Program-made: the position numbers and the translations under genes
Notes under the pieces: generated by a model
Databases searched by the model: none
Told to the model about the DNA's origin: nothing
What the model saw: the letters and a program-made list of their open reading frames with translations, nothing else
Assembly: GCA_049903315.1 (NCBI GenBank)
Contig: JBNGBT010000004.1
Coordinates: 1-64,000, forward strand
DNA: 64,000 nt
Origin: Candidatus Cloacimonadota bacterium
GTDB lineage: Bacteria; Cloacimonadota; Cloacimonadia; JGIOTU-2
Reading direction: 5' to 3'
Shown here: piece after piece, positions 10,352-18,453 of the stretch
Numbering within the stretch: position 1 is the stretch's first letter
Layout of the letters: each line of letters opens with the position of its first letter

Positions 10352-10743
10352 ATTTCATGTTACTATTTTTCTGAATAGTTATGGGTAAAACGTCAAGTAT
10401 TGTGAGAAGTACTCATATGGAATTCATTGATGAGATCAGTTCAGCAAGCAGATCCATAGATTTACCTATGACAAAAGAAACTTACTACTCCGTTCTTCCT
10501 GCTCAAAAACAAACTTGTAATATTCGGACATACAGATCGAATTTCATAAGGTAACCTCTGTTAAGGTAATGACCGTTACCTTAGTAAATTTTATCAATAA
10601 AATCTCACTTGATAGTAAAAAATAATTTTCGGAATTTACCTCTTTAATTATCCACAGAATGCGATATTTGGGGTTATTATTCTTATAGCTCCTCTTATAT
10701 AGATCAAGTAACTTACTGCTAAGAGATAAAACTATTAAATAGT

Positions 10744-10769
10744 AAGGGCTGAATTTCTCCAGCCCTTTT
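10744..10769 (+). terminator. Intrinsic terminator-like hairpin
   Basis: AAGGGCTG-8 nt-CAGCCCTT followed by T residues. No intact upstream gene on this strand is evident. Confidence 0.45.
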
Positions 10770-11412
10770 CATTATTATTATGGATTGTTTATATATTTTT
10801 TTAATCGCTTCGATTGTATGTTTACTGTGGCAATATATAGTTAGTTTTTCTTCAAGCTCTTTTTCTGAGAACCGTCAATAAATTTATTGGAATCGAGTTC
10901 ACAAAGTTGAGATTAGGTTTACAAGTTCAGCTACAAATGCGAGTTAAATTTGAATCTAAAATGTGGAATAAATTATGAAATTTCCCAATTTTCGGGGGGG
11001 GGGGGTAAAATTTTTGTAAAACTTGACACCCATCCCACTAAAACATTTTCAAATCCCTAAAGTTATTTTTCATATGAATATTATTAATCTATAAAAATTA
11101 TATGGAGTTTATTATTAAATATATAGTAAATGTAGGAGATGAAAGGCAAGCAACAGCATCTCCCAAAATAAACACTATCAATAAGATAATCAAAATTCTT
11201 TATTCATTAAAAAAATCTGTACGAAAAAATTCAAGATTACAAATTTATAAAATTATATCATTCTTCTTTTATCAAGAAGATTTAGAGTATAATTTTTAGA
11301 TAGAAATATCCATAACTGCCCTGTATAAGGTCACTTACAGAAAGTTAAGAATGTAAGTGAGGGGCACGAAGTGCGGGGATGAAAGGAAAAAGGAGAAAAG
11401 GAAAAAGGGAGT

Positions 11413-11994
11413 ATGGAAAAGAAAAAGAATAAAATGTTATCATCCAACGAAATATCAATTCTCATTGACATCATCGATAGATTAAAGAATTTGAATATTG
11501 AATATATGCTGACGGGATCAGTGGCGATGAATTTCTATGCAGAACCACGTATGACCAGAGATTTTGATATTATTGTTGAAGTTGGAGCATTACAAAAAAA
11601 AGTATTTTTTGAAACATTCGAAGCGGACTATTACCTTACTGATATGGCTTTTGATGAAGCTATAAAGTATAATTCTATGTTCAATATTATTCATAGAGAC
11701 ACAGTTACAAAAGCTGATTTGATCATAAAAAAAAGAGATGAATATAGTATCCAAGTTTTTGAGAGAAAGCAAGTCAAAAAGATCAACGATTATAATATTA
11801 ATGTGATTTCAAAAGAAGATTTAATAGTATCAAAAATAAGATGGGCTAAGGATTCAAAGTCAGCTTTACAAAAAATGGATATCATTAATTTGCTTGAGAC
11901 GGGCTACGATAGAGGCTATGTCATAAATTGGCTGAATAAGGAAAGATTATTAGATTTTGCAAAGAAGTATATAGATGAACGATACTTCTCCTGA
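11413..11994 (+). CDS. Nucleotidyltransferase-fold protein (DUF6036-like)
   Basis: YMLTGSVA...EPRMTRDFDI NTase motif; ISKEDLIVSK. Confidence 0.8.
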   Translation: MEKKKNKMLSSNEISILIDIIDRLKNLNIEYMLTGSVAMNFYAEPRMTRDFDIIVEVGALQKKVFFETFEADYYLTDMAFDEAIKYNSMFNIIHRDTVTKADLIIKKRDEYSIQVFERKQVKKINDYNINVISKEDLIVSKIRWAKDSKSALQKMDIINLLETGYDRGYVINWLNKERLLDFAKKYIDERYFS

Positions 11995-12220
11995 AATGAA
12001 GAAATTCTATCGTGATCTCCTCATGCAGAAGACTGATGAAGAACGTTTTTTAATGGGAATGAGTATGTGCGATACAGCAAAGCGAATCGTTCTATGCTCT
12101 TTTCCAGATGGCATCTCGGATACTGAGAAACGGATCAGACTTCTCCATCGTTATTATTCTCATGATTTCTCAAAAGAGGAGCTGAAAAAGATCGAACAAT
12201 GGCTGATGAAAAAAGGTTGA
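11975..12220 (+). CDS. Small helical partner protein of the NTase (putative antitoxin)
   Basis: Overlaps the NTase 3' end; MNDTSPEM...LMQKTDEERFLMG is typical of small partners of such NTases. Confidence 0.65.
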   Translation: MNDTSPEMKKFYRDLLMQKTDEERFLMGMSMCDTAKRIVLCSFPDGISDTEKRIRLLHRYYSHDFSKEELKKIEQWLMKKG

Positions 12221-12251
12221 GGTCGAGGTTTAGGTTGAGGTTGAGGTTGAG
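12214..12251 (+). repeat. Six tandem AGGTTG-type hexamers (left arm)
   Basis: aggttg aggtcg aggttt aggttg aggttg aggttg; reverse complement of the array at 12665-12688. Confidence 0.9.
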
Positions 12252-12275
12252 AAGTCAAGTTCAGTCTAAAACGTA

Positions 12276-12643
12276 ATGATGTTGTACAAAAATTTTACAG
12301 ATATGCCCGTATGGCAAAAAGCAATGGATTTGTCGATTGCTGTTTTCAGCCTTTCGTCAACCTTACCTCGTTCTGAAGATTATGGTTTGACTTCCCAATT
12401 GAGAAGAGCAGCAAATCCGCCAGCTGGCGGACAAATCTTTCAGAAGGATTTGGTCGTAGCACAAAAAAAGATAAATGCAATTTTTATATAATTGCACGAG
12501 GTTCCGCATTTGAAGTCCAGAATCACCTATTATATGGAATGAAAGTAAAATATTTCACCTCAAAGGATGTTGATCAATTAATCAATGACTATAAAGATTT
12601 GATTTTTGACTTAAATAAACTTATGAAATCATTAAAGCACTAA
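12276..12643 (+). pseudogene. Four helix bundle protein (23S rRNA IVS / TIGR02436 family), frameshifted by a palindrome
   Basis: F..MPVWQKAMDL...LPRSEDYGLTSQLRRAAN, then after 12416-12431 another frame gives NLSEGFGR...FYIIARGSAFEVQNHL...SLKH* (TAA 12641-12643). Confidence 0.9.
12416..12431. repeat. Perfect 16-bp GC-rich palindrome TCCGCCAGCTGGCGGA
   Basis: Self-complementary; lies exactly at the frameshift of the four-helix-bundle gene. Confidence 0.9.
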
Positions 12644-12664
12644 AAAAATTAATATGAAGAATTT

Positions 12665-12688
12665 CAACCTCAACCTCAGCCTCAGCCT
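12665..12688 (+). repeat. Four tandem CA(A/G)CCT hexamers (right arm)
   Basis: caacct caacct cagcct cagcct; inverted relative to 12214-12251. Confidence 0.9.
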
Positions 12689-12700
12689 TAATTTAATTTT

Positions 12701-13042
12701 ATGAAAATTATCACTGAACCCACCTCCCTCACCGAGCTCTGGCTTACTCGCGAAGTCGGGTTCGAAGATATGATGAAAATGGTGATCGATGTCGAACAGG
12801 AAATAATTGGATCTGATGCCGAACTTCATGCAGACCTGGAAGCTCTTTTATTAGATAATGGCTCCAGGCAACAAGATATCTGGGGAATAAATATCTATCC
12901 CGATCAAAGTGATGAAGATTATATAGAATTTACGGCTCTCATAAATATCCGACCATCCCAGGCAAATCGAAGTATGGAAGTTGAAAACCCGGAGACTCGT
13001 ACAAAGATCCATGAAATCTGTGCAAGGTTATTAGTAAGATAA
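12701..13042 (+). CDS. DUF5674-family protein
   Basis: KMVIDVEQEI...ELHADLEALLL..GS.Q.DIWGINIYP...IEFTALINIRPSQ.NRS. Confidence 0.75.
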   Translation: MKIITEPTSLTELWLTREVGFEDMMKMVIDVEQEIIGSDAELHADLEALLLDNGSRQQDIWGINIYPDQSDEDYIEFTALINIRPSQANRSMEVENPETRTKIHEICARLLVR

Positions 13043-13104
13043 TGCTGCATACCAGTCTCACTTTAGATAAATGGAAATCGTTCAGTTTCGATAACACAAA
13101 ATGA
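13042..13104 (+). pseudogene. 20-codon stub homologous to the 5' end of the 13704..14033 gene
   Basis: MLHTSLTLDKWKSFSFD compared with MQHTHLTSEKWKSFSTD; coupled to the DUF5674 stop (TAATG). Confidence 0.8.
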
Positions 13105-13283
13105 AAAAAATATTCATAACTAAAGTTAAAGAACAAAAAATACAAGATTTAAAATCCAGACGTTCAAAGAGTCCGGAACAACGCTTGAGTGAAGTAGAAG
13201 ATCTTAGAATTCAGGCGGGTAAATTTTTATATGAATATCCAAAAAGATTTCGAAGAATTATTAGAATTACTCACCGAGCATAA
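13101..13283 (+). CDS. Small protein upstream of an NTase (putative antitoxin)
   Basis: DL...SKSPEQRL.EVEDLR...YPKRFRR pattern; overlaps the NTase start. Confidence 0.6.
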   Translation: MKKIFITKVKEQKIQDLKSRRSKSPEQRLSEVEDLRIQAGKFLYEYPKRFRRIIRITHRA

Positions 13284-13677
13284 GGTAAAATACCTGATCG
13301 TTGGAGGATATGCTGTTGCTTTCCATGGATATCCCAGGTTTACTAATGATATAGATATTTTTTATGAGATGAGTGAAGAAAATGTAAAAAAAATTACCGA
13401 ATGCCTAGTGAATTTCGGATTTTCTCACTCAGAAGTAAATGGGAAGCTATTTTTAGAAAAAGGGAATATCGTTGTTATTGGAGTTGAACCGTTGAGAGTG
13501 GATTTTATAAACGATATCGATGGAATTGAGTTTGCAGCTGCTTGGGAGAATAGGATCAAAGGTAAATATGGTTCTGTCGAAGTGAATTTTATTTCAAAAA
13601 CAGATCTAATTGAGAACAAATCAAAAACTCAAAGATCTGAAGATAAACTTGATGTTGAAAAACTTACAGAAATGTGA
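13231..13677 (+). CDS. Nucleotidyltransferase (DUF6036-like)
   Basis: KDFEELLELL..HKVKYLIVGGYAVAFHGYPRFTNDIDI; DLIENK...R.EDKLDVEKL. Confidence 0.85.
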   Translation: MNIQKDFEELLELLTEHKVKYLIVGGYAVAFHGYPRFTNDIDIFYEMSEENVKKITECLVNFGFSHSEVNGKLFLEKGNIVVIGVEPLRVDFINDIDGIEFAAAWENRIKGKYGSVEVNFISKTDLIENKSKTQRSEDKLDVEKLTEM

Positions 13678-13703
13678 CAGAAATATAAAGTTTCTAAAAG
13701 AAA

Positions 13704-14033
13704 ATGCAACATACTCATCTCACTTCAGAAAAATGGAAATCTTTCAGTACTGATAAACAAATTCTTATGATCGCTAATGAAATGAATCGCGCAAAGAATT
13801 GGATCGAGAAGAAGGATTTTGAGAAGGTTTCCTCATGCTACGAGCGTGCGTTAGAGCTTATTGACTTGACCGTTGAATGCTCAAAGAATACTAATTTTAC
13901 TAGAGAGTTACTCAGGTACAGGGAGCAACTTGCTTTGGCGTATATACAGAACGGACGTGTTTTTGATAATGCATTATATCGTTTGCTGTTAAATATGAAT
14001 GTTACCTCTTGTAATGTAATGAATACTCAATGA
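13704..14033 (+). CDS. Conserved hypothetical helical protein
   Basis: W..FS..KQILMIANEMNRA...YERALELIDLT...ELLRYRE; intact ORF. Confidence 0.7.
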   Translation: MQHTHLTSEKWKSFSTDKQILMIANEMNRAKNWIEKKDFEKVSSCYERALELIDLTVECSKNTNFTRELLRYREQLALAYIQNGRVFDNALYRLLLNMNVTSCNVMNTQ

Positions 14034-14051
14034 GTAAACACTGAATTTCTT

Positions 14052-14453
14052 ATGAACAAAGTTGAAATACAAAAGTCGATTCAGCACTTGCTTGAAAGAA
14101 AAAATGAGATAGTGTTCGCATATCTCTTTGGTTCTTTTGTTGAGGAAGGCACATATAATGATATTGACATAAGAATTTATATTGACCAAAAAAAATATCA
14201 AGAGACAGTTCTCTCAAAGATTGCATATGACATCCATTTAGCACTTGAAATTGAGAAAGAAATAAAAAAGTCTGTTGATGTAATAATTATGAACAACGCG
14301 CCGGATCAAATCATCTATAGTATTTCTGGAGGACTTTTGATCCTGAACCGACACGATGATATTCGCGTGGATTTCATTACTCAATCATGGGCAAGATATT
14401 TTGACTTTAAGTATCAGCGAGATATTTATTTACAGGATGTTTTAAGAAAATGA
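14052..14453 (+). CDS. Minimal nucleotidyltransferase (MntA-type antitoxin)
   Basis: FAYLFGSF....YNDIDI and VDVIIMNNAP; ATGA overlap with a HEPN gene. Confidence 0.85.
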   Translation: MNKVEIQKSIQHLLERKNEIVFAYLFGSFVEEGTYNDIDIRIYIDQKKYQETVLSKIAYDIHLALEIEKEIKKSVDVIIMNNAPDQIIYSISGGLLILNRHDDIRVDFITQSWARYFDFKYQRDIYLQDVLRK

Positions 14454-14835
14454 ATATAAAAAAGGATAGAATTATTACTATCATTGGCGAAGCTCAATAT
14501 GCATTGGGTCAACTCTGTAGATATAAGAATGAAGATTCCGATTTATTAGCAAAAGACCCTGAGAAAATCGGAAATATTAAATATCAACTAATTGTGCTTA
14601 TTGAAGCTTGTATTGACATGTGCACCCATATTGTTGCGAAATCATACAGCACTGCTCCTGAAAGTTATTCTCACTGTTTTCAGTTGTTGCAGGAAAACAA
14701 TCTTATCGAAAAACAACTAACAAACAAATTGTCGGAGATGGCAAAATTCAGAAATCTGTTGGTCATTTGTATTGGAAAGTTGATAATAAACGTGTAATCG
14801 AAATAGCTCAAAATGAACTTGGATCATTCAAGTAA
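14450..14835 (+). pseudogene. HEPN/DUF86 (HepT-type) RNase toxin, frameshifted within the RxxxxH motif
   Basis: IEACIDMCTH...MAKFRNLLV, then a 1-nt loss near 14763; the shifted frame reads HLYWKVDNKRVIEIAQNELGSFK*. Confidence 0.85.
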
Positions 14836-14939
14836 TTTATTTATTTGATAGGTCAGATGGTGATTGATTAATACATATTTATAAATTTTTGAAAGCAAAA
14901 ATTGGAAAAAATATAGAAGAAAAATGGGATGAAACAAAA

Positions 14940-16238
14940 ATGAAAAAAGTCTATGTTGCTTTAAGTGCTGACCTAATACATCCAGGACATTTAAATATAA
15001 TCAAAGAAGCCGTTAAATATGGAGAAGTTATTGTAGGTGTTTTAACAGATAGAGCAATAGCAAGCTATAAGCGTTTACCATTTATGAACTATGAACAAAG
15101 GAAAATGATTGTTGAAAACCTTAAAGGTGTAACAAAAGTAATTGCCCAGGATACTTTGGATTATGTTCCAAATTTAGAGAAAATTAAACCTGATTACGTT
15201 GTGCATGGAGATGATTGGAAAACTGGTATTCAGAGAGAAACAAGACAAAGGGTAATAGATACATTAAATAATTGGGGGGGAGAGCTTATAGAACCAACTT
15301 ATACCCCGGGAATATCTTCAACAAAATTAAATATCGGATTAAAAGAAATTGGAACAACACCAGGTATTCGTCAAAGAAGACTTAGAAGATTATTAGATGC
15401 AAAAGATATAGTACGGATAATGGAAGCACACAGTGGATTGACTAGTCTTATTGTTGAAAATGTTAATACAAACAGAGGCAATAAGAAAGTAGAATTTGAT
15501 GGGATGTGGTTAAGCAGCTTAACAGATTCTACTGCAAAAGGGAAACCTGATATTGGTGCTGTTGATCTAACATCTCGCATGAAAACTGTAAATGATATTT
15601 TAGAAGTAACTACTAAACCAATAATTTATGATGGAGATTCAGGGGGCTTAGCAGAACATTTTGTATTTATGGTTAAAACCTTGGAAAGAGAAGGCGTTTC
15701 TGCTGTTATCATCGAAGACAAAGTGGGGTTGAAAAAAAACTCATTATTTGGAACGGATGTAAAACAAACACAGGATACAATTGAGAATTTTTCAAGTAAA
15801 ATTATAGAAGGTAAAAAAGTTCAGGTAACAGATGATTTTATGATAATAGCCAGAATTGAGAGCTTAATACTTAAAACTGGAATGGAAGATGCTATTAAAA
15901 GAGCAAAAGCTTACATTAGGGCTGGGGCGGATGGGATAATGATTCATAGTAAAGAAAAAAGTCCAGATGAAATAATTGAATTCTGCAAAAGATTTGAGAA
16001 ACTAGAAAACAGAGTTCCATTAGTTGTTGTTCCATCAACTTACAACTCAATTACAGAAGATGAGCTTCAAAAATATGGAGTACGAATTGTGATTTATGCA
16101 AATCAGCTTTTAAGAAGTGCCTATCCTGCGATGTGGAAAACTGCAGAATCGATTCTTAAACATGGAAGAGCGCTTGAAAGTGAAGATGAATGCCTTTCAA
16201 TAAAAGAAATTTTAAACTTAATTCCTGGAGGAAAGTAA
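14940..16238 (+). CDS. pepM: Phosphoenolpyruvate mutase with an N-terminal cytidylyltransferase-like domain
   Basis: PepM motif [10 protein letters not shown] (EDKx5NS), [16 protein letters not shown]-terminal DLIHPGH and HGDDW (HIGH-type CT domain). Confidence 0.95.
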   Translation: MKKVYVALSADLIHPGHLNIIKEAVKYGEVIVGVLTDRAIASYKRLPFMNYEQRKMIVENLKGVTKVIAQDTLDYVPNLEKIKPDYVVHGDDWKTGIQRETRQRVIDTLNNWGGELIEPTYTPGISSTKLNIGLKEIGTTPGIRQRRLRRLLDAKDIVRIMEAHSGLTSLIVENVNTNRGNKKVEFDGMWLSSLTDSTAKGKPDIGAVDLTSRMKTVNDILEVTTKPIIYDGDSGGLAEHFVFMVKTLEREGVSAVIIEDKVGLKKNSLFGTDVKQTQDTIENFSSKIIEGKKVQVTDDFMIIARIESLILKTGMEDAIKRAKAYIRAGADGIMIHSKEKSPDEIIEFCKRFEKLENRVPLVVVPSTYNSITEDELQKYGVRIVIYANQLLRSAYPAMWKTAESILKHGRALESEDECLSIKEILNLIPGGK

Positions 16239-16240
16239 TT

Positions 16241-17329
16241 ATGAAATCTGATATATTTGTTCAAAAAATAATAAATTTAAATTTCTCACCTTTTATGGGC
16301 GTTCCATGTTCGGTTTTTAAGTCATTATTGAATTATATTTCTTCGGAACCTTCTTTAAAAAACTATATTTGCTCTTCAGAAGGTGAATCAATGGGACTGG
16401 CTGCTGGGTTTGCGTTATCTGGTAAAACTCCAGTCATTTATATGCAGAATGATGGTTACGGAAATGCAGTAAATCCTTTATCCTCATTGCAGTTGATGTA
16501 TAAACTTCCGGCATTAATACTAATTTCCTGGAGGGCAGAACCGGGAAGAATAGATGCCCCACAACATAAAATAATGGGTAAGACAATTACACAACTATTA
16601 GATGTTTTTTCCATCCCATATAAAATATTGTCAGATTCAAATTTAGTTGAATCACTTAAATATGCAGAAGAATATATCAGAACCGAATCACAACCTTTTG
16701 CTTTTATAATAAAAGGAGGATATTTTGATGAATTTTCAATTGTTAAAGAGAGCAAAGAACAATTAAAACCACGATCAGAATATTTCAGAGTTCTGTACAA
16801 AAGTATTAGGGAAACAGATATTCTTCTGGGAACCACAGGTTTCACAGGGCGTGAATTATATCAGACAATAGAGCACAAAGGAAAGTTTTATATGATGGGT
16901 TCGATGGGTTGCCTTCCTTCAATCGGATTGGGCATTGCCATAGAAAATCCCGAGAAAAGAGTATTTGTAATTGATGGTGATGGTGCTCTATTGATGAAGT
17001 TGGGAACTCTTTCAACAATTGGATATTACTCCCCTAATAATCTGACACACATTTGTTTTGATAATAAAGAATATGAATCTACTGGTGGACAGCCAACGAC
17101 TTCAAAAACAACAGATTTTTCGCAGATTGCTAAAAATTGTGGTTATGGTGAGGTTTATTCAATACGTAAGCCAGAGGAATTTAAAAATTTGCTATATGGT
17201 TTAGGTAAACACAAAGCACCTGTTTTTATTCACATAGAAATAAACTCTAAATCAATTCAGGGACTTTCTCGTCCGCAGGAATCTCCAGAAGAAATGAAAG
17301 ATAAATTTATTGAAGTTCTGAAAAAATGA
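16241..17329 (+). CDS. ppd: Phosphonopyruvate decarboxylase
   Basis: GVPCS, EGES.GLAAG, YMQNDG.GNAVNPL.SL, WR.EPG..DAPQH, TPP motif DGDGALLM, YESTGGQPT; follows pepM. Confidence 0.93.
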   Translation: MKSDIFVQKIINLNFSPFMGVPCSVFKSLLNYISSEPSLKNYICSSEGESMGLAAGFALSGKTPVIYMQNDGYGNAVNPLSSLQLMYKLPALILISWRAEPGRIDAPQHKIMGKTITQLLDVFSIPYKILSDSNLVESLKYAEEYIRTESQPFAFIIKGGYFDEFSIVKESKEQLKPRSEYFRVLYKSIRETDILLGTTGFTGRELYQTIEHKGKFYMMGSMGCLPSIGLGIAIENPEKRVFVIDGDGALLMKLGTLSTIGYYSPNNLTHICFDNKEYESTGGQPTTSKTTDFSQIAKNCGYGEVYSIRKPEEFKNLLYGLGKHKAPVFIHIEINSKSIQGLSRPQESPEEMKDKFIEVLKK

Positions 17330-18447
17330 AACAAATCGTTTATTATCAAACAGAGTGTCTAAATGACATAAAAAAAATCCTTAAAGATCAAAATGTTAAC
17401 AGTATTCTTTTGTTTTCCGATTCCCCTGCATTTACTTTAACTGGCGCTAAAGATTTTTTTTCTAAACTAGAATCAAATTATGTAATTCATAATGTGAATA
17501 ATTTTTCACCCAATCCCAAATTTAAAGAATTGAATAACATTCTTAATGAAATCCAAAAGATCGAGTTTGATATTATTATAGCTATTGGTGGGGGAAGTGT
17601 TATTGATATGGCAAAGCTTGTTAAAATATTCTCAGCACAGAATTTCACAGCAAACAAGTATTTTGAAGAACATTTGAAGTTTGTGGATTCAACCAAAAAG
17701 ATGATTGCAATTCCAACTACTTTTGGCACTGGAAGTGAAGCAACTCATTTTGCTGTATTATATAAAGAAAGGGTAAAACATTCGATTGCGGATGAGAAGA
17801 TTTTACCAGAGTATGTTATTCTTGATCCATTGTTAACTAAAAGCATTCCAGACTATGTAGCTGCTTGCTCTGCAATGGATGCCTTTTCGCAGGCGATTGA
17901 ATCTTTTTGGAGCGTTAATGCTACCGATGAGTCTCGCAAATATTCTTCAGAGGCGATCACTATACTAAAAAATTATATTGTTTCAGCTGTAAATGAAAAG
18001 GATATTGAAAGTAAGCAAAAAATTCAATATGCTGCTTATTTAGCAGGTAAAGCAATTAATATAAGCAAAACGACTGCTCCTCATGCTTTTTCATATACAC
18101 TTACGAGTCACTATAACATTCCACATGGTCAAGCTGTTGGGATTTTTTTACCGGTTATTCTTAAATTTAATTATGAGAATTCAGAAAATTCTCAAGGTAC
18201 CTGGAATTCTTTAAAAAATGAGTTATTAATAATATTGGAAGTAACTAATGTTGATAAAGCAGTAGAATTTATATATGAAATAATGTCATCAATAGGTTTG
18301 AAAACAAAAATTATTGATTTCGATTTACCGATTTCTGAAGTAAAAGAAAAATTAAAAAATGGAGTAAACACTTCACGTCTAACTAATAACCCTGTCTTAA
18401 TAAGTAATAAGGATATATTTAGTATTTTAGATAAAGCGTGTAATTAA
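17326..18447 (+). CDS. Phosphonoacetaldehyde reductase (Fe-dependent alcohol dehydrogenase)
   Basis: GGGSVIDMAK, IPTTFGTGSEATHFAV, DAFSQAIESFWS, AGKAINISKTTAPHA, RLTNNP; coupled to ppd. Confidence 0.88.
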   Translation: MKQIVYYQTECLNDIKKILKDQNVNSILLFSDSPAFTLTGAKDFFSKLESNYVIHNVNNFSPNPKFKELNNILNEIQKIEFDIIIAIGGGSVIDMAKLVKIFSAQNFTANKYFEEHLKFVDSTKKMIAIPTTFGTGSEATHFAVLYKERVKHSIADEKILPEYVILDPLLTKSIPDYVAACSAMDAFSQAIESFWSVNATDESRKYSSEAITILKNYIVSAVNEKDIESKQKIQYAAYLAGKAINISKTTAPHAFSYTLTSHYNIPHGQAVGIFLPVILKFNYENSENSQGTWNSLKNELLIILEVTNVDKAVEFIYEIMSSIGLKTKIIDFDLPISEVKEKLKNGVNTSRLTNNPVLISNKDIFSILDKACN

Positions 18448-18453
18448 AAAAAT

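Noticed and set aside
11102..11299. 65-aa + strand ORF; the opposite strand reads like an MFS transmembrane fragment (RILIILLIVFILGDAVACLSSPTF)
   Set aside because: Low complexity, bounded by stops and too short to support either call without a search.
12276..12643. Avd-like gene of a diversity-generating retroelement
   Set aside because: No reverse transcriptase or TR/VR pair seen in the window; the sequence fits the ordinary four-helix-bundle family.
12632..12829. Minus-strand ORF containing LRLRLRL
   Set aside because: Produced by the hexamer repeat, and antisense to the DUF5674 gene.
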